From sequence record SRR31156797_1365: a stretch of 56,190 nt of DNA; one strand, 5' to 3'. Each line of letters opens with the position of its first letter. Positions within the stretch are counted from its first letter, which is position 1. Below, one piece after another: positions 29,182-39,514 of this stretch. Below the pieces are notes generated by a model. The model was not told the DNA's origin. It saw only the letters and a list, made by a program, of their open reading frames with translations, and did not search any database. Made by a program: the position numbers and the translations under genes.

Positions 29182-29964
29182 TCATTTAATACCTGCTGTT
29201 AATTCACAAATATAGTTTTGAATTTCATCAGCTTCTCCATTAGTTACGTGGATTTTATTTACTATTGCAGAGCCAACAATTACACCATCTACTATATCAC
29301 TAAAATAGTCAACCTTTTCCCTATTATTGATACCAAATCCTACAGCTATAGGTAATGGGGATTTTTTCTTCACTTCTTTTAGATATGATATAACATCATT
29401 ATTATATTTATCACGCATTCCTGTAACGCCCATTGTTGATACACAGTAAAGGAATCCATCAACACCATCAGCAATCTGCTCAATTCTATTTAACGAAGTA
29501 GGTGCTACAAGAGGTATCAGGCAAATGTCTTCCTTGTCTGTAAACTGCTTTAGTTCATCTCTTTCTTCCAATGGCAAATCTGGTACTATAATACCGTCAA
29601 TCCCTACATCTTTGCACTGCTTCGTGAATCTCTCATTTCCCATATTAAAAATAGTATTGTAATATACCATAAATAATAGTGGTACATCGCTGGACTTTCG
29701 AATTTCCTTTACGCATTCAAATATTTGAGCAACCTTAATGTCATTTTCAAATGCTCGAAGCCCAGCTGCCTGAATTACAGGTCCATCTGCCAGTGGATCA
29801 GAATACGGTATTCCTATTTCAATTATATCTGCTCCGCCTTTTTCAATTGCTAAAACCAGCTCAATCGTCTTTTCAACACTAGGATCTCCAGCAGTTACAT
29901 ATCCAATAAAGGCAGTTCTATTTTGCTTTTGTAATTCATTAAACTTTTCTGTAATTCTATTCAT
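29182..29964 (-). CDS. trpA: Tryptophan synthase alpha chain
   Basis: [32 protein letters not shown] motifs; start 29964 overlaps the trpB end. Confidence 0.96.
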   Translation of the reverse strand: MNRITEKFNELQKQNRTAFIGYVTAGDPSVEKTIELVLAIEKGGADIIEIGIPYSDPLADGPVIQAAGLRAFENDIKVAQIFECVKEIRKSSDVPLLFMVYYNTIFNMGNERFTKQCKDVGIDGIIVPDLPLEERDELKQFTDKEDICLIPLVAPTSLNRIEQIADGVDGFLYCVSTMGVTGMRDKYNNDVISYLKEVKKKSPLPIAVGFGINNREKVDYFSDIVDGVIVGSAIVNKIHVTNGEADEIQNYICELTAGIK

Positions 29965-31144
29965 CTTCTCCACCACCCTTTGCAAGGTTTGCAATCGTAT
30001 GCATGTCCTTATCTCCACGACCGGAAATATTTATTACTACTATTTTTTCTTTATCCATCTTAGGAATAATTTTGAGAGCATGTGCTACAGCATGTGCACT
30101 TTCCAGAGCTGGAATAATACCCTCTGTACGAGATAATTCATAAACTGCATCTACAGCTTCATCATCAGTGATACTGACATATTTAGCTCTGTTCGTATGA
30201 TATAGATATGCATGCTCTGGTCCAACACCAGGATAATCCAATCCTGCTGAAATAGAATAAACAGGATATACATTACCATCATCATCCTGAATCAGCATGG
30301 TTTTCATACCATGAATAATGCCTTCTCGCCCTTTAGCAAATGTTGCAGCATGAAGAGGAGTATCTATTCCCTTTCCTGATGCTTCTACACCGAGAAGCTC
30401 GACATCTTTATCATCAATAAATGGATAGAACATACCAGCAGCATTGCTCCCACCGCCTATACAGGCAATGATTGTATCCGGCAGTCTGCCCTCTTTTCTC
30501 ATCATTTCCTTCTTTGTTTCGTCCCCGATTATCCTCTGGAAATCTCTTACCATTTTGGGATATGGGTGGGGCCCTACAACCGAGCCTATTACGTAGAATG
30601 TATCCTCAGCAGTTGCTACCCATTCTCTAATTGCCTCATTTGTAGCATCCTTTAGTGTCTGTGTACCGCTTAATGCAGGCACTACTGTAGCTCCCAACAT
30701 CTCCATGCGAAATACATTCAGCCTTTGCCGCTCCATATCTTCTTTTCCCATGATTACTGTACATTCCATATTAAATAGTGCTGCACCTGTAGCAGTAGCG
30801 ACACCATGCTGACCTGCGCCTGTTTCAGCTATAACTTTCTTTTTGCCCATACGTTTTGCCAATAACATTTGTCCTAAAACATTATTAATCTTATGAGCTC
30901 CAGTATGATTTAAGTCCTCACGCTTTAAGTATATCTTTGCGCCCCCCAGCTTCTTGGTAAGGTTTGAGGCATAATACAAAGGTGAAGGTCCGCCGACATA
31001 CTCCTTGATATAATAATTGTACTCTTCAATAAATTTTGGATCAACAATAGCCTCTTCATATGCCTTCTCCATATCCTCAAGCGGCTGCATCAGGGATTCG
31101 GGTACATACTGACCACCGAATTTTCCAAACTTTGTATTACTCAT
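29957..31144 (-). CDS. trpB: Tryptophan synthase beta chain
   Basis: [36 protein letters not shown] motifs. Confidence 0.98.
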   Translation of the reverse strand: MSNTKFGKFGGQYVPESLMQPLEDMEKAYEEAIVDPKFIEEYNYYIKEYVGGPSPLYYASNLTKKLGGAKIYLKREDLNHTGAHKINNVLGQMLLAKRMGKKKVIAETGAGQHGVATATGAALFNMECTVIMGKEDMERQRLNVFRMEMLGATVVPALSGTQTLKDATNEAIREWVATAEDTFYVIGSVVGPHPYPKMVRDFQRIIGDETKKEMMRKEGRLPDTIIACIGGGSNAAGMFYPFIDDKDVELLGVEASGKGIDTPLHAATFAKGREGIIHGMKTMLIQDDDGNVYPVYSISAGLDYPGVGPEHAYLYHTNRAKYVSITDDEAVDAVYELSRTEGIIPALESAHAVAHALKIIPKMDKEKIVVINISGRGDKDMHTIANLAKGGGEDE

Positions 31145-31772
31145 AATTTTTCACCTTTCTTATTAGACTAGATACTTTTTCTTTGGATTTCATTGTTACA
31201 CCATCTGCTGTGAACTCAACTCCGCTGGAAACGTCAACAACATTAGGGTTAATCTTGTTAATAGCCTCGGATATATTATCTGGATTTAATCCACCTGCCA
31301 ATATTAAGTTAACATTTTTGTCGATTCCATCGAGTAAATCCCAGTTGAATGCAACACCAGTTCCGCCCATCTGTCCCTTTACATGTGAATCCGTTACCAC
31401 ACCAATAACATTGTCAAAATAAAATGCCTCATTCGCTTCATCAATACTGCTTTTATCCTTAATATTAATGGCATACCAGACAGGAATATTAATATCACAT
31501 ATCATATCCCCAGTATAATTCTTGTGCACTTGCGCAATGTCTAATCCTACAGTATTTGCTATTTCATTTATCTCATCAACAGATTTATCCACAAATACTC
31601 CACATATTTTGATATCATCACGAAGTGCAGATGCTATGCTTTTCGCAGCGTCAATATCCACCTCTCGAATACTCTTTGCAAATACCAATCCGATATAATC
31701 AACATTCATTTGATTGATGAAATCTACTTCCTCCAACATTTTAATGCCACAGATTTTAACTCTTGTATCCAT
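31137..31772 (-). CDS. trpF: Phosphoribosylanthranilate isomerase
   Basis: [27 protein letters not shown] motifs; start moved to ATG 31772. Confidence 0.94.
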   Translation of the reverse strand: MDTRVKICGIKMLEEVDFINQMNVDYIGLVFAKSIREVDIDAAKSIASALRDDIKICGVFVDKSVDEINEIANTVGLDIAQVHKNYTGDMICDINIPVWYAINIKDKSSIDEANEAFYFDNVIGVVTDSHVKGQMGGTGVAFNWDLLDGIDKNVNLILAGGLNPDNISEAINKINPNVVDVSSGVEFTADGVTMKSKEKVSSLIRKVKNYE

Positions 31773-32547
31773 CTCGCAATTCCTTTGCTTTAGTCTCGAT
31801 GTCTTCACAACGCATGAAGCTCTCACCTACTAAAATACCATTAATTTTTGCTTCTTTTAAAGAAATAATATCCTCTTTCGTATTAATACCACTTTCAGAA
31901 ATCAACAGCTTATCATCTGGCACAATACTTGACACTTGTTTTGTCGTATTTAAATCTACATTAAAGGTATGAAGGTCTCTGTTATTAACTCCTATAATTT
32001 CCGCTCCTGCACCAAGTGCGATTTCTGCTTCCTCTACGCTGTGTGTCTCAACCAAAGAATCCATACCCAGTGCTTTGGCTAATTTTATAAATTCTCTAAT
32101 AGTTCCTTCGTCCAATATAGCAGTAATCAGCAGTATTGCACTAGCTCCTAAATGCTTCGCTCTGTATATCTGATATTCGTCAATGATGAAATCTTTTCTA
32201 AGTATAGGCAAATCTACAGTTTTTGCTACCTTGTGAATATAACTTGGACTTCCCAAAAAGAAATCTTCTTCTGTTAATATTGACAGTGCTTGTACATTGC
32301 CCTCGTATTCCTTGGCTATTTTTATTGGATTAAAGTCTTCTCTGATAATGCCCTTTGATGGAGAGGCTTTCTTAATCTCGCCGATTATACTAAGTCCATC
32401 CTTTGCTATAGCCTCTTTGAATGAAGCTCTGCCTGATGCCCTATCAGCAAATTTAATCATTTCTTTTAAGCTGGTGATATTCTTTTCACGAACTAAAGTC
32501 ACCCTCTTTTTATCAACTATTTTCCTTAATATTGATGGTGTTCTCAT
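31756..32547 (-). CDS. trpC: Indole-3-glycerol phosphate synthase
   Basis: EIKKASPSKG, LRKDFI, GVNNRDL, SESGI motifs. Confidence 0.96.
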   Translation of the reverse strand: MRTPSILRKIVDKKRVTLVREKNITSLKEMIKFADRASGRASFKEAIAKDGLSIIGEIKKASPSKGIIREDFNPIKIAKEYEGNVQALSILTEEDFFLGSPSYIHKVAKTVDLPILRKDFIIDEYQIYRAKHLGASAILLITAILDEGTIREFIKLAKALGMDSLVETHSVEEAEIALGAGAEIIGVNNRDLHTFNVDLNTTKQVSSIVPDDKLLISESGINTKEDIISLKEAKINGILVGESFMRCEDIETKAKELRDGYKS

Positions 32548-32554
32548 AGATTTG

Positions 32555-34219
32555 CTACCCCTTGTTAGTAAATTGCACCATTTGGTTAATTACATCAAGT
32601 GCTGAACCAGATTCTATTATTGATTTAGCAATTTTAATACCTTCACCAATTGTCTCTGCTCTCTTTGCTGTAAAGAATGCACCGCCAGCATTAATCAAAA
32701 GTATATCCAGCATAGCTCCCTGTAATTTACCTGATAATAAATCCTTTATAATCTGTGCATTAGCCTCTGCTGTACCGCCCTTAATATCTTCCAATGAACT
32801 GCGGCTAAGTCCGAAATCCTCTGGTTTAATCTCATAGGTTAGTACTTTGCCATCCTTAACTTCAGCTACAAAAGTTGAATCTGTAACAGTGATTTCATCT
32901 AATCCATCTCTGCCATGTACAACAAGTGCACGCTCTACCCCCAGATTGTTCAGAACCCGAGCCATAGGTTCTACTAAGCTCTCACTAAATACTCCTACTA
33001 CCTGACCATTAGCACTGGCAGGATTGGATAAAGGTCCTAAGATATTAAATATAGTACGATATCCCAGAGTTCTCCTGACACCCATTACATGCTTCATGGC
33101 TGAATGATACAATGGAGCAAAGAAAAATCCAATGCCTACATCTTTTACACATTCACGAGTTTCCTTTGGTGATAAAGTAATATTAATACCTAGCTTCTCC
33201 AATACATCTGCACTGCCGCATTTACTGGAGATTGAGCGATTGCCATGCTTTACCACTTTCACACCATCTGCAGCTGCAAGAAATGCCACTGCAGTAGAGA
33301 TATTGTATGTACCTGAGCTGTCACCGCCAGTACCGCAGGTATCAATTGTATAAAACTCTGATAAATTAACTTTCGTAGCTTTGTTTCGCATTACCTTAGC
33401 GGCTGATGATATTTCCTCAACAGTTTCACCCTTTATTTTTAATGCTGTAAGAAATGCACTAATCTCAATTTCAGTAACATCACCGCTCATAATTGCATCC
33501 ATAACATTAGTCATCTCATCAGATGTTAAATCAATACCGTCTATCACTTTTAACAATTCATTCTTGATCATATATTTCCCTCCATTCACCGTTAGTGTAG
33601 TAACTACTGATTTCTTGGAATCGGTCTTTCTTTCAAGGATTGTTACAGATGACTTTACGTCCAAAAAATTCTTTATCAACATCATTCCCTCTGGAGTGTA
33701 TATTGACTCTGGATGAAACTGAAGTCCATAGATTGGATATTCCTTATGTTCTATTGCCATTATCTCGCCGTCATCTGCCATGGCTGTAACTTTCAAACAA
33801 TCAGGTATAGTAGATTCAATTATAGCCAGAGAATGATACCTTGCTGCCTTAAAAGGACTGCTCATATCTTTAAACAAAATACTATCATTCTTCGGTACAA
33901 TCATTGAATACTTACCATGATAAAGTTCCTTTGCATGACTAACTGTTGCTCCAAATGCCTGTCCAATGCACTGATGTCCTAAGCAAATTCCAAGAATCGG
34001 TATTTGTTGTCCAAATTCTTTTATAATATCTATACTGATACCCGAATCATCTGGTGTACCTGGACCGGGAGAAATAATAATCTTTTCAGGGTTTAATTCT
34101 ACTATCTCATTCATTGTAATCTTGTCATTACGAACTACCTTCACATCGCTATTGATACTGCCTACGTATTGATAGACATTATACGTAAATGAATCATAAT
34201 TATCTATTAGTAAAATCAT
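32555..34219 (-). CDS. trpGD: Fused anthranilate synthase component II / anthranilate phosphoribosyltransferase
   Basis: IDNYDSF, GICLGHQ, QFHPES (TrpG) then DTCGTGGD, KHGNR, HGRDGLDE (TrpD) in one frame. Confidence 0.94.
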   Translation of the reverse strand: MILLIDNYDSFTYNVYQYVGSINSDVKVVRNDKITMNEIVELNPEKIIISPGPGTPDDSGISIDIIKEFGQQIPILGICLGHQCIGQAFGATVSHAKELYHGKYSMIVPKNDSILFKDMSSPFKAARYHSLAIIESTIPDCLKVTAMADDGEIMAIEHKEYPIYGLQFHPESIYTPEGMMLIKNFLDVKSSVTILERKTDSKKSVVTTLTVNGGKYMIKNELLKVIDGIDLTSDEMTNVMDAIMSGDVTEIEISAFLTALKIKGETVEEISSAAKVMRNKATKVNLSEFYTIDTCGTGGDSSGTYNISTAVAFLAAADGVKVVKHGNRSISSKCGSADVLEKLGINITLSPKETRECVKDVGIGFFFAPLYHSAMKHVMGVRRTLGYRTIFNILGPLSNPASANGQVVGVFSESLVEPMARVLNNLGVERALVVHGRDGLDEITVTDSTFVAEVKDGKVLTYEIKPEDFGLSRSSLEDIKGGTAEANAQIIKDLLSGKLQGAMLDILLINAGGAFFTAKRAETIGEGIKIAKSIIESGSALDVINQMVQFTNKG

Positions 34220-34225
34220 AGTAAC

Positions 34226-35623
34226 CTAGCCTTTCAGTACTTTCATAAGTGCTTTTACCTTGTTCTCTGTTTCATAATATTCATTCTCTGCAATAGAATC
34301 TGCCACTATACCGGCTCCTGCCTGCATATACACTTTGCCTTGATTTATCACCATAGTACGTATCGCTATACACATATCCATATCTCCGTCAAAGCCGAAG
34401 TAGCCGATTGCACCGCCGTATGTTCCACGCATCTCTGGCTCTAATTCCTCGATAATCTCCATTGCCCGAATTTTTGGTGCACCAGATAATGTACCAGCAG
34501 GAAGGAAAGTGCTCAGTACATCAAAGCTATCCATATCAGCTTCCTTCTTGCCCTCTACCAAGGAAACTATATGCATTACATGAGAGTAATTCTTCACCTG
34601 CATCATAGTCGGTACTGTTACTGTGCCAATCTCTGATACTCTGCCCATGTCATTCCTACCTAGGTCAACCAGCATAATATGCTCTGCCTGCTCCTTTGGG
34701 TCAGCTAATAAATCCTCAGCTAATGCTTTGTCTTCCTCTGCATCCTTACCTCTTTTACGTGTACCTGCAATAGGACATGTGGTGACTTTGTCTTCACGAA
34801 CACTTACCAGCATCTCTGGAGAAGAACCAGCTATTTGATAATCTCCAAAATTGAAATAGAACTGATAAGCACTTGGATTAATCTGGCGCAGCTTCCTATA
34901 GAGAGTGAACGGATGAGCATCGCATTCAATTGACCATCTCTGTGACAAAACAACTTGAAATATATCACCCTCATAAATATATTTCTTTGCCTTGTTCACC
35001 ATGTCGCAGTATTCTTCTTTTGATACATTAGATGTGACTTTGCCATGATTTAAGCTTCCTAAATCAATACCTCCCAGCACTGGAGAACTATTAAGAACTT
35101 TTTCCATATCGGACAATATTCCTTGAGCTTTCGCTTTGCCCTCTTCATTATCCTCACAAAGTACAATCAGATTAATTTGCTGATACAGGTGATCGTAAGC
35201 AATAATCTCATCAACGAACATCAGGTTAACTTCAGGCAAACCAATAGTATCTTCGTTTGTATTTGGCAAGTCTTCATATTGCCTAATTATGTCATACCCA
35301 ACGCTTCCAACTGCACCTCCGACAAAAGGCAGCTCTGTATTGTTTGTAACATGATATTTCTCTACATACTCTCTGGTTACTGCAAGCACTCTGCCGTCAA
35401 CAACTCTTAGCTTGCCTCTCTCATCAATAACAACTTTGTCCCCTTTTGATTTTATAGTCAAAAATGGCTTTTTACCAATAAATGAATATCTGCCATTAGG
35501 CATCTCTGCACTCTCTAAGAGAAATCCCTGACCCTCACCAACATACTTTGAATACAGTGTAACAGGTGTTTCCAAATCGCCTGAAATGCATTTAACATAA
35601 GGGATTAATTCTATACTGCTCAT
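34226..35623 (-). CDS. trpE: Anthranilate synthase component I
   Basis: LLESA, GDIFQVVLS, SSPE, PIAGT, EHIMLVDLGRND, GTLSGAPK motifs. Confidence 0.96.
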   Translation of the reverse strand: MSSIELIPYVKCISGDLETPVTLYSKYVGEGQGFLLESAEMPNGRYSFIGKKPFLTIKSKGDKVVIDERGKLRVVDGRVLAVTREYVEKYHVTNNTELPFVGGAVGSVGYDIIRQYEDLPNTNEDTIGLPEVNLMFVDEIIAYDHLYQQINLIVLCEDNEEGKAKAQGILSDMEKVLNSSPVLGGIDLGSLNHGKVTSNVSKEEYCDMVNKAKKYIYEGDIFQVVLSQRWSIECDAHPFTLYRKLRQINPSAYQFYFNFGDYQIAGSSPEMLVSVREDKVTTCPIAGTRKRGKDAEEDKALAEDLLADPKEQAEHIMLVDLGRNDMGRVSEIGTVTVPTMMQVKNYSHVMHIVSLVEGKKEADMDSFDVLSTFLPAGTLSGAPKIRAMEIIEELEPEMRGTYGGAIGYFGFDGDMDMCIAIRTMVINQGKVYMQAGAGIVADSIAENEYYETENKVKALMKVLKG

Positions 35624-35650
35624 TTGCTCGCTCCTCTCAATTTTTCCGTG

Positions 35651-35885
35651 AAAAACAAAAAATTCGTCTCATAAAATAATGAGACGAATTAACATCGCTA
35701 TGCCACTCAATAATGATGGTACCAACATACCCTGACCTTATAACGGTAGTCTGCCGTCTGAAGCTACTATTATTTCGCCACAGCATCTCATGAATCCATT
35801 CCAAACATCATCACCATCAGCTTCCACCAAACGCTGACTCTCTATGGGATGTAGATGAATGTACTACTTTCAATCTTCGATTTAG
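35651..35885 (-). ncRNA. Trp T-box riboswitch leader with transcription terminator
   Basis: Minus strand: AGAGA box, GGUGGAAG loop, specifier GAA-UGG-A (Trp codon at 35798-35796), antiterminator GAG-UGGCAUA-GCG...CGU-CUC, terminator AATTCGTCTCAT-N6-ATGAGACGAATT plus U tract (35690-35651); upstream TTTACA-17-TAATAT. Confidence 0.92.
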
Positions 35886-36010
35886 CGACATATTAACATA
35901 AGAAATTGATTTTGTAAAGGACTAGTTTATATAGTTTTTGTGTTCAATACATAATTTGTATAATGTTATTTCATTGATTTATTTAACCAATAAAACCATA
36001 AATACAAGTA

Positions 36011-36033
36011 AAACCCGCCATATAAGACGGGTT
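36011..36033 (-). terminator. Terminator after the ABC permease
   Basis: AACCCG..CGGGTT stem followed by a short T run on the minus strand. Confidence 0.55.
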
Positions 36034-36053
36034 AATACAAGTCCAAAGTATAT

Positions 36054-37331
36054 CTATTTATTCGTTTTTATCAGCTTAAATACTTCACGCAATTTAGGAG
36101 GTTTGCCGTACATCAATACACCTATCTTGTAAATCAATGCGGCTATATATCCTATTGCTGCAGCTGTTATAATCAGTAATCCTATTGCTCCAATACCCTC
36201 TAGCAGTCCTACATCTGTCATTGATGATCGAACCAAAAGTGCGTAAGGCGATGTAAGTGGGAAGTATGTCAAAATCTTCATCAGAGTACTGTTTATATTC
36301 CCAGAAGTCATTGAGAACATTACAGCCATAAATGAACCAATTGATATAAATGTGATTGGCAATACACCAGCACTTACATCCTCTGTCCTGCTTACAAGTG
36401 AACCAATAGCAGCATATAGGAATGCATAGACAAAAAATCCAATTATAACTAGCAATGTTGATATTATTATCGTCTGAACAGGCATATTGAACAATGCACC
36501 TACGTAATCCTGTCCTATCAGATATTCACCATTTAATCTATAAAACAGTACGGCAGTACCTACAATTACAGCAACCTGACATAATGCAGCTGCGCCTATT
36601 CCCAATACCTTGCCAAACATCATCCTTACAGGATCAACAGTTGTAATCAGCACTTCCATTGCTCTGGAACTCTTTTCTGTTGCTACACTGGTTGCTACCA
36701 TCTGTCCGTATACAATAATAATTAAATACAGAAAAAAAAGCAAAACATATGTATACCAGAATGAATCAGTCTGACTTTTACCGGTTTCTATTACATTTGC
36801 GTTCATAGCAGAATTTAGAATTTCAGACGCTTTCTCATCATCTAGCCCATTACTAGATAGAAGATGCAGCTTATAATTATTTAATAAAATCTTATCAATA
36901 CTATACGTAATAGAATTGTTTATTGCTACAGATTCTGTTACGATTGTATATTCATTCTCCCCTTCTAAGCACAAGACATATCCATATTCACCATCTTTAA
37001 TCATCTGCATTGCATCATCTGTTGTACCCTTTGCCTGCTCGATATCATATTTGGGCATAGACGATGTCAATAACCCCATAATAGTATTGTCTGAATAAAC
37101 AGAATTATTAATAACCGCTATTACCATTTCCTTATCAATGTCTGCTTCCTCTTCTTTTGCCTCGTCAATGGGTGTATTATCCAATTTCGACTCAGCTATC
37201 ATATCGCTAATTCTAGGATATGACATACCAATACCTATTCCTAAGACAACCAGTATTGTAAGTATAATAAATGGCTTTGCTTTAACAAGATTTGAAAACT
37301 CAAACTTAAAAACTGTAAAGAACTTTTTCAT
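36054..37331 (-). CDS. ABC-2 type exporter permease (NatB/YhaP-like)
   Basis: N-terminal TM, extracellular domain, EKSSRAMEVL..GKVLG, several C-terminal TMs. Confidence 0.88.
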   Translation of the reverse strand: MKKFFTVFKFEFSNLVKAKPFIILTILVVLGIGIGMSYPRISDMIAESKLDNTPIDEAKEEEADIDKEMVIAVINNSVYSDNTIMGLLTSSMPKYDIEQAKGTTDDAMQMIKDGEYGYVLCLEGENEYTIVTESVAINNSITYSIDKILLNNYKLHLLSSNGLDDEKASEILNSAMNANVIETGKSQTDSFWYTYVLLFFLYLIIIVYGQMVATSVATEKSSRAMEVLITTVDPVRMMFGKVLGIGAAALCQVAVIVGTAVLFYRLNGEYLIGQDYVGALFNMPVQTIIISTLLVIIGFFVYAFLYAAIGSLVSRTEDVSAGVLPITFISIGSFMAVMFSMTSGNINSTLMKILTYFPLTSPYALLVRSSMTDVGLLEGIGAIGLLIITAAAIGYIAALIYKIGVLMYGKPPKLREVFKLIKTNK

Positions 37332-37334
37332 TGC

Positions 37335-38243
37335 TTAAGCACCTCCTGTAGCATTTATAAATATTTCATTCAAAGTAGGTCTGACTACCCTGAAGCTGTC
37401 AATATCATAGGATTTACGGGAAATAATATCAAGAATACCATCTCTTCCTTTTTCCCCCACAAGGTGTATATCCAAATCTGTTTCATCAGTTTTCATAATT
37501 TTTATCAGATTAGGTATGTTCTTGCTTATATCCTGCTTAATCTTTTCGATATCCTTACCAGACACCTGAATATGTGTCTTGGGATATGAGTTCTTTATTT
37601 CATTCAGGTTTCCAGATAATGCAGCTTTGCCCTCATCCAGTATAATAATATCGTCACACACTTCCTCAATATTGTTCATCTGGTGGCTTGAGAAGATAAC
37701 AATTTTTCCTTCATTAATCTGCTCATCTACAATATCCTGAAGCACAGAAGCATTTACCGGATCAAGACCAGAGAACGGCTCATCCAATATAATAATATCT
37801 GGATTTATCATCAGAACAGAAGCTAATTGAATTTTCTGCTGATTACCCTTTGATAATGTATCAAGCTTCTTATGCATATACTCTTTCATATCCAGCTTCT
37901 CAAGCCAGAATTCTATAGATTTAAGCGCATCACTTCTTTTAATATCATTAAGCTCTGACAGATACAGCAATTGATCAACTATCTTTTTCTTTGGATACAG
38001 CCCCCGCTCCTCTGGAAGATAACCAAAGCGTACCTTTTTTCTATTAATCTTTTCATTATCTATGGTGATGCTTCCTTCATCCGCCTTAAATACATCCATT
38101 ATCATACGCATAGTGGTAGTCTTGCCTGCTCCATTTCTGCCCAAGAGACCAAATGCCTGACCTCCTTTGGCAGTAAATGATATATTATCTACAGCGGTCT
38201 TTTCTCCAAACCTTTTGACTATACCATTTAATTGTATATCCAT
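37335..38243 (-). CDS. ABC exporter ATP-binding subunit (NatA/YhaQ-like)
   Basis: GRNGAGKTT, GYLPEERGLY, LSKGNQQK, LDEPFSGLDP motifs. Confidence 0.92.
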   Translation of the reverse strand: MDIQLNGIVKRFGEKTAVDNISFTAKGGQAFGLLGRNGAGKTTTMRMIMDVFKADEGSITIDNEKINRKKVRFGYLPEERGLYPKKKIVDQLLYLSELNDIKRSDALKSIEFWLEKLDMKEYMHKKLDTLSKGNQQKIQLASVLMINPDIIILDEPFSGLDPVNASVLQDIVDEQINEGKIVIFSSHQMNNIEEVCDDIIILDEGKAALSGNLNEIKNSYPKTHIQVSGKDIEKIKQDISKNIPNLIKIMKTDETDLDIHLVGEKGRDGILDIISRKSYDIDSFRVVRPTLNEIFINATGGA

Positions 38244-38512
38244 AATCTGCTCCTTTACATTACTGTTGACATAAGTATAACGCTATCATTTATATAGTAT
38301 CATCTTTTTTAAATATGGGAAGTATTACTGACTAATTTATACATAATTAAATATTAGTACAGCAGAGTTGACTTTAATTATAAAAGAACAACTCTACTTT
38401 ATAACATTTGTAAAATTGTTCAGATAAATATAATATTATAACTTCGATACAATGTCATACTAAGAATCGCTGCTGCATCATCTTTTTTTTATTATTATAT
38501 AAAACTGTCTTA

Positions 38513-39442
38513 TTAGATTTTTTGTACTGTAACTTTCTTAAAATACTCATCTACCTTTTCCTTCTCAACAAAACCCGTTTGCTCATATTGTGTGTTTGCA
38601 GATCCACATGCAGTTGCTAGCTTAAGCACATCCTCATGCAATAGTCCTCTAGAAAGACCTACAGCAAATCCTGCAATAAACGAGTCACCTGAACCAACAG
38701 TATTTACTGTTTTTACTGCTGGGAACTTGATACTATATATATCATTTCCGTATCCTGCAATGGAGCCGTCTTTCCCTAAGCTTACAACAGGGAACTCAAT
38801 ACCTTGTGATTTAAACCACTTTATTGCTACAATGATTCCTTCATTTGTATCCACATTACCATTATAAACAATTCGTATCTCATCCTCATTTGGCTTTACC
38901 ATATATGGCATTGCAAGTGCTCCATGTTTAAATGCTTCACCTGAGGTATCAAGCAGTACTTTTTTACCCTGGTTTTTGCAGATTGCAATTAACTTAGCAT
39001 AATAATCCTTATCAATGCCTTTGGGCAAACTGCCTGACAAAGTAACAATATCGACATCCTTTATCATACTATCAAATTCTGATAGAAATTTTTCGCTTTC
39101 CTCACTAGATATAGATGGTCCTGGCTCAAGAACTTCAGATGTTGTATTATTCTTATTATCTGTAATATTGACACATATTCTGGTGTCACCGTCAATTTCT
39201 ACAAATCTATCAATGAGTCCTAATTCATTTACTTTCTTTCGGATATAGGCACCATTGCCTCCACCTACAAAGCCAGTTACTGCAACTTCTTCGCCTATTA
39301 GCTTGGCAACACGTGCTACGTTCAGCCCCTTTCCTCCTGCGGATGCAATGAATCCTTTTGGGCGGTGAACATTGTTAAGTTTAAAATCATTAACAAAATA
39401 TATTTTATCAACTGCTGGATTAAGCGTTACTGTTAGTATCAT
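38513..39442 (-). CDS. 1-phosphofructokinase / tagatose-6-phosphate kinase family (PfkB, LacC/FruK-like)
   Basis: TVTLNPAVD, GGKGLNVA, SGSLPKG, KPNEDE, NTVGSGDS motifs. Confidence 0.9.
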   Translation of the reverse strand: MILTVTLNPAVDKIYFVNDFKLNNVHRPKGFIASAGGKGLNVARVAKLIGEEVAVTGFVGGGNGAYIRKKVNELGLIDRFVEIDGDTRICVNITDNKNNTTSEVLEPGPSISSEESEKFLSEFDSMIKDVDIVTLSGSLPKGIDKDYYAKLIAICKNQGKKVLLDTSGEAFKHGALAMPYMVKPNEDEIRIVYNGNVDTNEGIIVAIKWFKSQGIEFPVVSLGKDGSIAGYGNDIYSIKFPAVKTVNTVGSGDSFIAGFAVGLSRGLLHEDVLKLATACGSANTQYEQTGFVEKEKVDEYFKKVTVQKI

Positions 39443-39472
39443 TTTTACCTGCTTTCAGAATATTTTTTCATC

Positions 39473-39506
39473 AAAAATGCTGTATCAATAATTATGACAC
39501 AGCATT
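39473..39506 (-). terminator. Hairpin between nrdJ and the PfkB kinase
   Basis: AATGCTGT...ACAGCATT stem followed by T residues on the minus strand. Confidence 0.55.
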
Positions 39507-39514
39507 ATAATTAC

